Positions 27,279-37,374 of a DNA stretch of 64,000 nucleotides are shown here, one piece after another; the stretch's first letter is position 1, and every line of letters begins with the position of its first letter. Below the pieces are notes generated by a model. The model worked only from the letters and a program-made list of their open reading frames with translations. It ran no database searches and had not been told where the DNA came from. A program made the position numbers and the translations under genes. The stretch comes from Candidatus Obscuribacterales bacterium (GTDB lineage Bacteria; Cyanobacteriota; Vampirovibrionia; Obscuribacterales; Obscuribacteraceae), in assembly GCA_965228855.1 (NCBI GenBank), contig CBDDIJ010000005.1:384001-448000 (forward strand), in the 5' to 3' direction.

Positions 27279-28919
27279 ATGTATCAATCGAAACAAACTC
27301 TAGCTCAGCGATTATGGATGTCGCCTTATGCCCAGGAATATACCGAATACTGGATACGGTACAAACCTGAGCGTTTAGGACGTCAGCGTCTGGGTCGTTC
27401 AAGATTCGCTATTGGAACCGTTGTTGCAATCTCGTTCAGCGCCGCAATGGCGATTCTACTCCTCGGCGTAAATCATGTATTATCAGGTTTTCTGCTGATA
27501 TTTCTTGCCGGAATCATGGTTAGCGCTGCAGTATGTGCGCTTACCATGGTTGACGTATTCGCTCCGACGCACATCGAGTTCAATGATAAGGGCATGCGAT
27601 TTCACTGGCTCACCCTGCTATTTCGAGGCTGCACGCCGCTGATTACCTGGGACCGAATATCACACGTTACGACGCTTTCGCGCAACGTACTCAGCAAAGA
27701 AGAAATAACGATCGAGTTCAATGCCATTGCCCGCGGTATCGGACTGAGCAAACGAGTGAGCTACTTTCTGCTAACGCCAAAGTTGACCTGGGGCTGGTTG
27801 ACGAGTGACCGGGCACAAATACACTTCGAGATTGATGCAATTGCATCCAGCGATGATAGAAAACGTCTGCAACTCGCGCTCAAAAAGTTTTTACCCTCAT
27901 ATCGCATCGAACCCAAAGTGGCTGACGATTTGAATATGTTCGTAAAATTCGACTCTTACACGGATCTCTGGCTGGACAAATTACAGGAGGATTCTAATCG
28001 CAGTCGCGATAGCAAGTTGGAAGCAAACACCATACTCGCCTGCGGAACTTATCAAATTATTGAACCAATCGGTTCAGGCGGACAAGCCCTGGTCTACCTC
28101 GGCACGATGTTGAAACCGCTTCCGGCTCCGGATTGCAAGAATTCCGAGACCGTCGTAGATATGTCGGATATTCCGATAGCCTTGACAGGTCTGGAAACGG
28201 AAAACGGTGCGCCACCAACTGTGGTGCTGAAAGAATTTGTGCTGCCCACCCAGGCTGGCAATAACGTTCGGAAACGAGTCCTGGAGAACATTCAGAAAGA
28301 AGCGACTCTATGGCGGAAATTGCGCCATCCCAACATCGCCAGGCTAATCGATTTCTTTGTAGAGGACCAGCGCGCTTATCTGGTTTTAGAACACGTCAGC
28401 GGCCAGACGCTGAAAGAGCGCGTCAATCAAGGCGGTCCGATGAAGGAGCAAGATGTGGTAGAGCTTGCGATAAAAATGTGCGACATTCTCGGTTACCTGC
28501 ATCGCCGCCAACCACCAGTCATACATCGCGATTTCACACCGGACAATTTGATTATGGACAATTCCGGGGTAGTTAAGTTGATCGACTTCAACGTCGCTCA
28601 GCAGCTTGAGGCCCAGACAACGAAGACAGTCGTCGGGAAACATTCATACATTCCTCCGGAGCAATTTCGCGGAAAAGCCGTCCCCCAGAGTGATATTTAC
28701 TCCCTGGGAGCGACACTGGCGTATCTCCTTACAGGCAAGGATCCGGAGCCAATCACGCAAGCACATCCTGGGGAAACTAATGGTACCGTCAGCGAGGAGC
28801 TGGACTCCATCATTGCGAAGAGCACCGCGCTTGGACTTTCGACCCGTTATCAGACTTGTCAGGAACTAAAAACAGATCTGATTTCCCTTCTCAGCCCCCA
28901 AGCGGCTGACGCAGAGTGA
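27279..28919 (+). CDS. Membrane-anchored Ser/Thr kinase, paralog of the preceding gene
   Basis: Two TM segments; IGSGGQALVY, VLKE, HRDFTPDN, DFN, YIPPEQ, SDIYSLG. Confidence 0.9.
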   Translation: MYQSKQTLAQRLWMSPYAQEYTEYWIRYKPERLGRQRLGRSRFAIGTVVAISFSAAMAILLLGVNHVLSGFLLIFLAGIMVSAAVCALTMVDVFAPTHIEFNDKGMRFHWLTLLFRGCTPLITWDRISHVTTLSRNVLSKEEITIEFNAIARGIGLSKRVSYFLLTPKLTWGWLTSDRAQIHFEIDAIASSDDRKRLQLALKKFLPSYRIEPKVADDLNMFVKFDSYTDLWLDKLQEDSNRSRDSKLEANTILACGTYQIIEPIGSGGQALVYLGTMLKPLPAPDCKNSETVVDMSDIPIALTGLETENGAPPTVVLKEFVLPTQAGNNVRKRVLENIQKEATLWRKLRHPNIARLIDFFVEDQRAYLVLEHVSGQTLKERVNQGGPMKEQDVVELAIKMCDILGYLHRRQPPVIHRDFTPDNLIMDNSGVVKLIDFNVAQQLEAQTTKTVVGKHSYIPPEQFRGKAVPQSDIYSLGATLAYLLTGKDPEPITQAHPGETNGTVSEELDSIIAKSTALGLSTRYQTCQELKTDLISLLSPQAADAE

Positions 28920-29070
28920 GTTTTCAATGCTTCATCGAAACGGCCGAATTTCAGGTCTAGCGGTATATGAACTGATATGATTCATAGCTAAGCTCAATTT
29001 CGGCTTAAAACGGTACGCAGCAGTTGGCTGCGCGTAGAAGGCAACCTCAACTCAGAGAGTTATACGGCAG

Positions 29071-29952
29071 ATGTCGGCGACAACAAAGTTCAAATTTCCA
29101 GAACGAATCTCATTGGGTGGACTCTATCTGGCCGCTAAATCTTTCCCCCACCAGCGCAAATGGGTAGGCGAGGCCGTGGGTGAAGTCACTCCGGCTGTTC
29201 CCGATGACAAAATGCTCGGTCTGCAAATCAGTGGACATATCGCCGAAGGGACGCTGACCGAATCTCTGGAAACGCTCAAAAACCTTCAATCCTTCGACCT
29301 TTCAACGGTCAGATTTTCGGATGCGATACTGAAAGAAATTGCGCATTTAGATCAGACCATAGAGTTGCGCCTTGATTTTGTCCCATTTGAAGACTCGCAT
29401 GTCGCCAAGCTCTCGCCGCTTAAGAAGCTTTCTACGATCTGGTTTCTTCACACTGCAATCACAAATAAGAGTCTGCGGCAACTGGCAACCATGCCGTCGT
29501 TACAGCACCTCGTCCTGAAGAAGACCGATATTACCGATGGCGGTCTCGTTCATCTAAGTGATTTAAAAGACTTGCGCACGCTGCTTTTGCCGTCGGAAAT
29601 AACCGACAACGGTCTTGAGGAACTCGCGAAACTCGAGCGATTGCTTCATCTCGATATCTCGAATACAAAAGTCACGGACAAAGGTCTGGAGTTTGTGGGC
29701 GGCATGTCGAATTTACAGACCCTCTGCCTGAATGACACCGCTGTTGGTGATAACGGACTCAAGCACCTCTCCAACTTGTCGAACTTGAGAACGCTCTATC
29801 TGAGCGGCACAAAAGTGACCGACAAAGGAATCGCGAATCTGGAAAAATTGACGAATCTGGATTATCTGGAAATTCGCGATAATAGTGTTACGGATGCTGG
29901 ATTGCAGAAATTGAGAGCGGCAGTGCCGGCTTGCACGGTTTTCGGACCTTAA
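29071..29952 (+). CDS. Leucine-rich repeat protein
   Basis: About 24-aa repeats of LxxLxLxxTxVTDxGLxxL. Confidence 0.9.
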   Translation: MSATTKFKFPERISLGGLYLAAKSFPHQRKWVGEAVGEVTPAVPDDKMLGLQISGHIAEGTLTESLETLKNLQSFDLSTVRFSDAILKEIAHLDQTIELRLDFVPFEDSHVAKLSPLKKLSTIWFLHTAITNKSLRQLATMPSLQHLVLKKTDITDGGLVHLSDLKDLRTLLLPSEITDNGLEELAKLERLLHLDISNTKVTDKGLEFVGGMSNLQTLCLNDTAVGDNGLKHLSNLSNLRTLYLSGTKVTDKGIANLEKLTNLDYLEIRDNSVTDAGLQKLRAAVPACTVFGP

Positions 29953-30080
29953 TCTAAATCTGTTGGATAAAGTATGCTACGGGATGTAGGAATTCCCATT
30001 GACATCCTTTGTCTACGGCCTTACTATAACCGCCAAAGTGCCCAAACTGCGGCACAATTGGCGTTTTGCTGGAGTAAACC

Positions 30081-30470
30081 ATGAGCACTCCCTTTATGAT
30101 GCGACCTCCCGAGGAAGAGACTCGGACATATCGAAAGCCCGGCGAGGAACCGCCGAAGCCGCCGCTCGAAGTAATCAAGCTACTTATTAAGCAAACCTGG
30201 GAAAGCGTTTGGGCACCACTGACAGGCAAGGTAAAGAAACAGGTGGAGAGAAGAACCGCTCCGCTTGAGGAAAGACTGCGTGACGCTCGCAATGCAGTGC
30301 TCACCGATGAAGAAATAGAAGTCTTGTTGAACGATCCTAATCCCATGGTCAGACTGGAGCTCGTGCACAATGACACCATATCCGGTGAAGTGCTCGAGCG
30401 GTTGAAACACGATCCTGACGTAACCGTTTCAACCATAGCCAGGAGAAAACAGATTCAATTCATTCTTTGA
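30081..30470 (+). CDS. Hypothetical protein with LRV/HEAT-like repeat
   Basis: GGAG RBS; LLNDPNPMVR and LKHDPDVTVS repeats. Confidence 0.65.
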   Translation: MSTPFMMRPPEEETRTYRKPGEEPPKPPLEVIKLLIKQTWESVWAPLTGKVKKQVERRTAPLEERLRDARNAVLTDEEIEVLLNDPNPMVRLELVHNDTISGEVLERLKHDPDVTVSTIARRKQIQFIL

Positions 30471-30472
30471 GC

Positions 30473-31828
30473 TCAAGCCAGTTTCACTGCGCCGTCCGAT
30501 GAGCGAATCTCAGCGTTCAAACGAGTGAACACAACATCTTTTACGGTCCGCCGTTGCCTGAAGTCCACCGGATATCTTGCGGTCAGTTCGTATCTGCTGT
30601 CAACGATCGCCATAGTAACGAGCGGGTCAATCAGTTCGTCTTCAACAAGATACTTTTCTTTCAATCTAAGCCACCCCAGTTTAGCCTCATTAGCATATTC
30701 GCCGGTCACGTCCTCTATGACGCGCTGCACCTTCTGCTTGGCGAGATCAACATCGCTGTCAATACTCAATCGGATAACCACTTCGTCCCAGAGGAATGAA
30801 AGGTCGCGAGAGTAATTGTATGAAGCGCCGACGAACACACTAGCATTTGCGATTCTGACTATTCGCCCGGTATACAAATCGCCCTGCACCCACTCGCCTA
30901 ATTCCATGAGCGTCGTTCGCACTAGACCGACATCAATCACGTCGCCCTTGACGCCGGCAATCTGGACACGATCTCCGACCCGATAAGTATCGCCAAAAGT
31001 AATAGCCATCCAGCCGGCCATGCTGACGATGAGCTCTTTCAACGCGAGTGCTATACCTGCGGTAGCTGCACCCAAGATAACTGCCAGGCTTCCGAGAGTA
31101 TCACTGAATACCACTGATAGAAAAACCAGAGCGATGAAGTAGGCCGAAAATTCGGTGATCTTCGAGACAGTGTAGCGCTTGTAGGATTCGTGAAAGTACT
31201 TGGGCAGCGAGCGTCGGATAGAGTACGCGATAAAAATAATTAGTACAAGTCCGACCAGACTTATACCGATGCGCAAGGATAGCGGGTTTGCGAGCACGTA
31301 AATTATGTTTTCTCGGACCGTTCCAATCTTCACCTGATTGATCGCGTCGCTCAAATTTCGCCGATAGCGCTCTGATTCAACAACAGACTTAATGCTGCTA
31401 AGCCACTTCTGAGCGAGAACATCAGGTGTTGTGTCCTCCGCCTTGTAATCAACCTCTCCAACCGTTACTAAAGTTTTGTCACCATATACGATGGCATATG
31501 TATTTCCTTCCGTCTTGATCGCAATCCCGGAAGGTTTGAAAGCTTGGTCCTCAATTACGGAATCTAGCGCAGTCGTTAATTGCCTTACGCGATGCTCCGC
31601 GCTTCTGCCACCGACCGAACCATGCACGACTAGAATTTCCTTGCCGTGAACGACAACGGGCACGGACAGCCCGCTCTTTCTCGTTTTAAATTGTTGGTTC
31701 GTACCACTGTCCACAGACGAGGGTTGTCGTTCACTCTCGGTCTGAGCAAACGCCGGCACCGGCATAAAACCAACGAATGCGGTTAAAACGGTTGCAAGAA
31801 CGATAAGATGAATTCTGAAATTCGACAT
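30473..31828 (-). CDS. MscS-family mechanosensitive channel with periplasmic N-terminal domain
   Basis: Signal peptide, TM helices, YRVGDRVQIAGVKGDVIDVG, TGRIVRIAN, NYS. Confidence 0.9.
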   Translation of the reverse strand: MSNFRIHLIVLATVLTAFVGFMPVPAFAQTESERQPSSVDSGTNQQFKTRKSGLSVPVVVHGKEILVVHGSVGGRSAEHRVRQLTTALDSVIEDQAFKPSGIAIKTEGNTYAIVYGDKTLVTVGEVDYKAEDTTPDVLAQKWLSSIKSVVESERYRRNLSDAINQVKIGTVRENIIYVLANPLSLRIGISLVGLVLIIFIAYSIRRSLPKYFHESYKRYTVSKITEFSAYFIALVFLSVVFSDTLGSLAVILGAATAGIALALKELIVSMAGWMAITFGDTYRVGDRVQIAGVKGDVIDVGLVRTTLMELGEWVQGDLYTGRIVRIANASVFVGASYNYSRDLSFLWDEVVIRLSIDSDVDLAKQKVQRVIEDVTGEYANEAKLGWLRLKEKYLVEDELIDPLVTMAIVDSRYELTARYPVDFRQRRTVKDVVFTRLNAEIRSSDGAVKLA

Positions 31829-31995
31829 GAATCCCGTGAGCGAACGGAGGCAATTACTAACATTTTAACCTCTTGAATAGCCACTCATCCATTGAGATTC
31901 GCTCTTATGAACGCTGTTCATGCCATTTTCGCGCATTGTTTCATAAATGCGTATTCGGGTAGAAAGTTGGTGGACGGTTCGAAGGACTCAGAAAA

Positions 31996-32424
31996 ATGAG
32001 AATTGTTGACTCAAGACGAATCAAGTTATTTGCGCTCGCGCTTTTCGCAACAACGTCACTTAGCGCATGCGGCTCCGAGGCGACCAGCTCATACGACGAT
32101 ATTTCCGAATCTGAAGCCAAAAGCGCAATGACTGAAGACTTTGCAGTTCCGATTTATCCGGACAGCACTCTATTCGAGTCGAAGAGGAGCGACGGCGGCT
32201 CTCTGACGATCACCGGAAGCTTTCACTCACCCGACGCCTGCCCGGACATAAGCGATTGGTATTCCAGGAGATTGCGCATGCAGAACTGGGTGGTTACCGG
32301 AATCGAGAAGGCGGACTCGTCGTGCGAAGTGGTCGCTAACAAAGGTAAAGAAGAGTGCAAACTCAATGCCACCAACAACGGCAGCCGTTCGACTATCACT
32401 ATTAGATACTCGAGACCTAAGTAG
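31996..32424 (+). CDS. Putative lipoprotein
   Basis: Lipobox LSAC; VPIYPDS. Confidence 0.75.
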   Translation: MRIVDSRRIKLFALALFATTSLSACGSEATSSYDDISESEAKSAMTEDFAVPIYPDSTLFESKRSDGGSLTITGSFHSPDACPDISDWYSRRLRMQNWVVTGIEKADSSCEVVANKGKEECKLNATNNGSRSTITIRYSRPK

Positions 32425-32443
32425 TTCGCCTGGACGGAACTCG

Positions 32444-32932
32444 CTAGCGTTCGTTCACAGGAACTAGAATATCGAACTCGCTGTCCGGTGAGTCCGCTCT
32501 GAAACGATCGTCATAAACTTCAAGAAGAGGTGCGCCAGTCTTTACCAGACCTGAATGAGCTGGCGCCCATGTTGCCCAGATAAACTTGAGCGTTTCCGGC
32601 AAACCGGCAAGCGTGCCCTTATGTGTGAAAGCAGCATACTTAGAAGCTGGTATGCAGAACCTAACCATATTTTTTGGATGCTCTTGAGCGCATTGGACCG
32701 GAGCTCCAGCCATGTAGACGAAAGTCTCTCCAGAATCAAGGTGAACTTCGGGATGACTATCGAAACAGAGACCTAGTAAATATCCAGGCTTCGCGTTTTC
32801 AATCTCGCTTACCCTGGGTAGAAATTTATTCCATAAGCTTCCCATCGCATCGTGCGCACCTTCTGTAAAACCGTCGGCGATGCCGACTACGATTTCCGCT
32901 TCACGGTGCACCATATTTGGTTTCATTCGCAA
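32444..32932 (-). CDS. GyrI-like small-molecule-binding protein
   Basis: LWNKF, IPASKYAAFTHKG, IWATW, EVYDDRF. Confidence 0.85.
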   Translation of the reverse strand: MRMKPNMVHREAEIVVGIADGFTEGAHDAMGSLWNKFLPRVSEIENAKPGYLLGLCFDSHPEVHLDSGETFVYMAGAPVQCAQEHPKNMVRFCIPASKYAAFTHKGTLAGLPETLKFIWATWAPAHSGLVKTGAPLLEVYDDRFRADSPDSEFDILVPVNER

Positions 32933-32934
32933 AC

Positions 32935-33831
32935 CTAAGAATCGACTTTGCGAGTAGCGTCGGAGTATTGCTGTAGCTTGAGGCCTTGCGCTTTTAAGAA
33001 CCAGCGACGCACTCGGGACATCCAGTATCGCGGTCCGCGTTGAACGTGGCCTCTCGCACTCGCCAGTCTATAACGCTCAAGTTCGAACTTGACCTTATGT
33101 AACTCGGAGCGAAACTCTTCGGTCTTGAATGCGACAGACATTGCTCTGTCAGCCTGATCCTGGAGATCCGGAAGCAGACGTAGTTCGGTTTCCAAGGTTG
33201 CGATTCGGGCGCGATCTTCGACGCGGTCTGTCAACAGTTTGATGATCGTCTCTTGAGCTTCGATGACCAGACGGCGCATTTCTTCCAGCTCTTGCGTCTT
33301 ATCCTCGACGCGAATATCGTGATACTTCACTTCTTCCGGAGCGGATACCAACTGTTGCGCTTTTGCGAGACTGAGCCTCATGTTGCCCGCATCATCGCCT
33401 TTGAGAACTTGAACAAATCCCTCGAGTAACGAAACCAACTCATTGCGGGAAACTCTATCGTCTTCCGTGACCAGAGCGTTCGTCAACGTCGTCGTATCAG
33501 TGTCTTCGACAGGTGCCAGCTCATCGGCTCTAATATTCCGCGCTACCGGACCGGGCTTGGACGGTAGCTTGCCTCTTTTGACAGCAGAAGCGTGCATCTG
33601 AGCATAGTCAAAAGTGCCAATTGTTTCCACACTGTAGTCGTTCTGCTCGAGCTCTTCGGTCACTATCTCATCGACACCGTCGAATCCGCGGGTGAACAAA
33701 TCACTCGGCAAGTTGCGATGGACTCTGACACCATCAGCGCCACCAGACACCGCTGCAGCAGGCGAAAACATTTGATCGAGACCATCCAGCGAAGCTGGAT
33801 CGGGCACATCTACTGATTGTGACTGACTCAT
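32935..33831 (-). CDS. Hypothetical coiled-coil protein
   Basis: Acidic disordered N-terminus, C-terminal coiled coil, amphipathic WMSRVRRWF end. Confidence 0.7.
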   Translation of the reverse strand: MSQSQSVDVPDPASLDGLDQMFSPAAAVSGGADGVRVHRNLPSDLFTRGFDGVDEIVTEELEQNDYSVETIGTFDYAQMHASAVKRGKLPSKPGPVARNIRADELAPVEDTDTTTLTNALVTEDDRVSRNELVSLLEGFVQVLKGDDAGNMRLSLAKAQQLVSAPEEVKYHDIRVEDKTQELEEMRRLVIEAQETIIKLLTDRVEDRARIATLETELRLLPDLQDQADRAMSVAFKTEEFRSELHKVKFELERYRLASARGHVQRGPRYWMSRVRRWFLKAQGLKLQQYSDATRKVDS

Positions 33832-34122
33832 GGTAGGCTCTCCCGGCAAATCCCTCCTGGATTATCCTTGATCCCGCGGCGAGTTGTCCAGTAAAACTAT
33901 GGTGCCGTATGTGGTGCCACGACGCTATATACATCGACTATGGAGCTTACCAAAAGCGTCGCCCCTCGCTACACCCATATCCACTAGCCATACACCACCA
34001 GTAATACAAACATGCAACGGCTATAGAAGCGAGCAGAAGTGGAAGCACTCGGCAAGCTAAGCGAAACAGCCTGTAATCAGCCTTTTGTCAAAACTAATTT
34101 AAAACCATTTTTATCGCACAGC

Positions 34123-35949
34123 CTATTCAGGCTTTTTCTTCGCTTTTGGTTTCGGCTTCGCTTTGCTTTCGGTTTTCACGCCGGGTGTCGATCGTTTGAT
34201 ACCGTTGAATTGCTCGACCATCTGTTTCACCAGTGGTGCAGCCGCGGTACCGCCGTGACCGCCGTGCTCGACAAATCCGCAGCAAGCGATTTCCGGATTT
34301 TCTGCAGGCGAATAACAGGCAAACCATCCGTGCGTTTTACTGCCCTTTGGAGGGGCTTCTGCAGAACCCGTCTTTCCAGCCATGGTCACTTCCGGAATTC
34401 GAGAGCGACCTGCAGTACCCGCTTCGACTACGGCTTTCAGACCGTCGTGCAGTATCTTCATGTAGACCGGATTGACTTTCCAGACTTCAGGCCGAGGAGC
34501 AGGAATTTGACGATCGGCAATCTTGATCACTAGATGGAGGAATGGCACTCGGCCGCCCATGCCATAGCCGGCATACATGCGCGCAGCCTGTGCCGGTGTC
34601 ACTTGCAAGAAGGTCTGACCAATCGACATGTGAATCGTGTTGCCGCGATACCACTTTTCATGAAGCCGTCTCATCTTCCATTCGGAGTCCGGCACCAAAC
34701 CTGATCTTTCGTTAGGTAGCTCGAGCCCAGTTGGACGCCCTGCGCCGAAACGATTCCCCCACAGTTTGATATCCTCTGGTTCCAAACCTAGTGCCATCTG
34801 GTAGAACGCTGTATCGCGAGACCACTGCATGCACTGGACGAGGTTGTAAACAGCGGCTTTGCCGGTCCAATCGTGGAACGTGAAGCCACCGAGGCTCAGT
34901 CCACCTGAAACATGCAACTTGGTATCGGGCTTCACAACCTTTTTGTCTAGTGCCGCCAGTAGTGTCACAGGTTTCCAAATAGATCCAGGTGGGAAACCGG
35001 ATAGAGCGCGGTTGTGCAATGGGTGACTGGGCGAGTTCAAGACCCGGCGATCTTCTTTCGTCATACGCCGGGTGAACACGTTAGGGTCAAAGCTCGGTCG
35101 AGAAACAAGGAAAAGGACTTCACCGGAACGCGGGTCGCATCCCACGAGTGCGCCGGATTTCTCAGCCAGTATGTTGAAGGCGTGACGCTGTAGATCAACG
35201 TCGATTGAAGTAACAATAGGCAGTCCCGGTTTAGCTTTTTTAGTGACTACCGGCTTTGATGTTTCCGGAGAAAGCGCATGACCAGAGGCATTTACACGAA
35301 CACGTTGCTCGCCGTCGACACCACGAAGTTGATCGTCATAGATTTTTTCGATCCCCGCCTGACCGACAACGTCTCCCATTTTTCGCTCGGGTCTTTCCTT
35401 TAGCTGCGATTGGGTGATTTCACGACAATAGCCCAGCACGTGCGCTGTAGCATCGGCGTGAGGATAAGTTCGGCTGATGTCCGGTAAGATATCTATGCCT
35501 TCGAGAAAAATTTTCTGCTCGTAAAAGCGACTGACAATTTCCATGTCTACGTCATGTTCAATCACCACGGGTAGTACTGAACCTGAGGCTTTTGCCTTCA
35601 TCAATCTATTGAGCACTTCCGGGTATTCGAGCGCCAAAATTTTGCACAGACGTGTAGCCAGATCTTCCATGTGGTCAAGCTGATTCGGAATTGCGATCAT
35701 GGACAACGACTGTTTGTTGGTCGCCAGCAAATTTCCGTGGCGGTCATAAATACTGCCACGTGGAGCACGCAGAAACGTTACACGGGTGGAGTTTTCGACG
35801 GCCTGACCCTTGTAGTGCTTCTCGTTGATAATCTGGAGCCAACCCAAACGCAGAACGATTAGAGCAAGCGCCATGAGAACGACCGAAGACAGAACGACTG
35901 CCTTGAATGCAGCCTCATCGCCGTTGGTTCTGTGCATGACGTGGCTCAT
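34123..35949 (-). CDS. mrdA: Penicillin-binding protein 2
   Basis: APRGSIYDR, PPGSIWKP (SxxK), SRD, KTG; ATGA overlap with mreD. Confidence 0.93.
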   Translation of the reverse strand: MSHVMHRTNGDEAAFKAVVLSSVVLMALALIVLRLGWLQIINEKHYKGQAVENSTRVTFLRAPRGSIYDRHGNLLATNKQSLSMIAIPNQLDHMEDLATRLCKILALEYPEVLNRLMKAKASGSVLPVVIEHDVDMEIVSRFYEQKIFLEGIDILPDISRTYPHADATAHVLGYCREITQSQLKERPERKMGDVVGQAGIEKIYDDQLRGVDGEQRVRVNASGHALSPETSKPVVTKKAKPGLPIVTSIDVDLQRHAFNILAEKSGALVGCDPRSGEVLFLVSRPSFDPNVFTRRMTKEDRRVLNSPSHPLHNRALSGFPPGSIWKPVTLLAALDKKVVKPDTKLHVSGGLSLGGFTFHDWTGKAAVYNLVQCMQWSRDTAFYQMALGLEPEDIKLWGNRFGAGRPTGLELPNERSGLVPDSEWKMRRLHEKWYRGNTIHMSIGQTFLQVTPAQAARMYAGYGMGGRVPFLHLVIKIADRQIPAPRPEVWKVNPVYMKILHDGLKAVVEAGTAGRSRIPEVTMAGKTGSAEAPPKGSKTHGWFACYSPAENPEIACCGFVEHGGHGGTAAAPLVKQMVEQFNGIKRSTPGVKTESKAKPKPKAKKKPE

Positions 35950-36554
35950 CTGGCCTCCATCATATGCCGATAGCGTGCAAACTCGTACCAACCTCGCATC
36001 GGTAAAAACACAAACGGCGCTATCAGAGCGTTTAACACCGCTTCGGTAACGGAAATTTCGACGAAGTTCTCAATCACCAGAGGGCGACCAAGAATGAACA
36101 ACTGTAGCGCCGTTAGCGCTTCGGCAAAGAAGGTAAGAATTACGACGAGCGGAATCACAAGGACCACGGCCTTATTGAAATTACGCAAACAAAAATAGCC
36201 TGAAATCCAACCCACGATTGGATAAGCGAGCGGATACATCGGTAGAACCGACGAGTAAAGCGCGGCGAACGCAGCCCCCAGTAAAGCGCCACTAATGGAA
36301 CCGGAGAGAGCCTGGCGCAAGAGAACGGTTTTTACAGTGCTGAGCCGAAGCTCATCGATACTCGGTTTCAAGAGCGGCGAACCGAAAGTGATTCCCCAAA
36401 CAATAATAAGCGTGAGGGGAACGGAGCATTGAACACCAGTAACAAACAAACGGCTCACTACAGCCAGCTGCATAACCCAGGCACCCGCGACTATTAGCAT
36501 CGTGATTCCGATGGCACCAATGCGTCTTCGAGTTTGGATTGAAAGCCAGGACAT
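35946..36554 (-). CDS. mreD: Rod shape-determining protein MreD
   Basis: Multi-TM protein between mreC and mrdA. Confidence 0.8.
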   Translation of the reverse strand: MSWLSIQTRRRIGAIGITMLIVAGAWVMQLAVVSRLFVTGVQCSVPLTLIIVWGITFGSPLLKPSIDELRLSTVKTVLLRQALSGSISGALLGAAFAALYSSVLPMYPLAYPIVGWISGYFCLRNFNKAVVLVIPLVVILTFFAEALTALQLFILGRPLVIENFVEISVTEAVLNALIAPFVFLPMRGWYEFARYRHMMEAR

Positions 36555-36555
36555 T

Positions 36556-37362
36556 CTACTTCTGAGCCATCGGCGGTAACACTAGGACCTGATTCAAATC
36601 GTAGCAATTTTCCGAAAGCGCGACATCAATTTTCATAGAAGCGCCATCAACGTCGCGACTGATCGATTTGACGGTTCCGACCGGATGATTCTCCGGGAAT
36701 ACGCCGCCTTTACCGAAACAAACGATTTTGTCACCGATGTCCACGCTAGTTCCCACTGGGATGTAATCCATTACGGCTAGCTGCTGCCCGTTGCCCGCGA
36801 TAATTCCAGGCAAACCTATCCGTTTGATAAGCACGCCCAGTTTTTGCTCAGGGTCGGTGATCAGGCGCACTACCGATGCGTTTTTATCGACAGATACGAC
36901 CTGCCCCACAACGCCCTCACGCGTGATCACAGCACTGCCTTTGCTGACGCCGTCCTCGAGACCCTTGTCCAGTACGACTTGCTCAAACCAATTGTCCGGG
37001 TTGCGCGCGATCACTTCGGCAGCAATCGTCTTTCTGGTCAACTTTTGTTTTAAACCGAGAAGACCGCGCAAATTGTTGGTATCACGAGACTCGCGCCGCA
37101 GAGTCGTTAACTCGAGCTCCGATGCGGCCAACTTACGTTCGAGGTCGCGTATGCGCTGTGAAGACTCGAACACTTCCTCCGCCAGGTTACGGGTAGACTC
37201 GACCTGGTAGACACTTTTGGTGATCACTCCTGAAACCATCGTTGCAGCAGTCAAAAGCATACCGGCAGCAGGACCACCGATCATAATGATTACGATGATT
37301 AGAAAAATCGCCTCGGCGATAGACTCCGATTGGCTCCCAAGCCGATGTGAATCACCCGCCAC
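36556..37362 (-). CDS. mreC: Rod shape-determining protein MreC
   Basis: TM plus coiled coil, AEVIAR, DKG..DGV, GVVGQV, GGVFP..PVG. Confidence 0.92.
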   Translation of the reverse strand: MAGDSHRLGSQSESIAEAIFLIIVIIMIGGPAAGMLLTAATMVSGVITKSVYQVESTRNLAEEVFESSQRIRDLERKLAASELELTTLRRESRDTNNLRGLLGLKQKLTRKTIAAEVIARNPDNWFEQVVLDKGLEDGVSKGSAVITREGVVGQVVSVDKNASVVRLITDPEQKLGVLIKRIGLPGIIAGNGQQLAVMDYIPVGTSVDIGDKIVCFGKGGVFPENHPVGTVKSISRDVDGASMKIDVALSENCYDLNQVLVLPPMAQK

Positions 37363-37374
37363 GAATGCGACCTC

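Noticed and set aside
34123..35949. SxD instead of SxN in PBP2
   Set aside because: Normal for the PBP2/MrdA class
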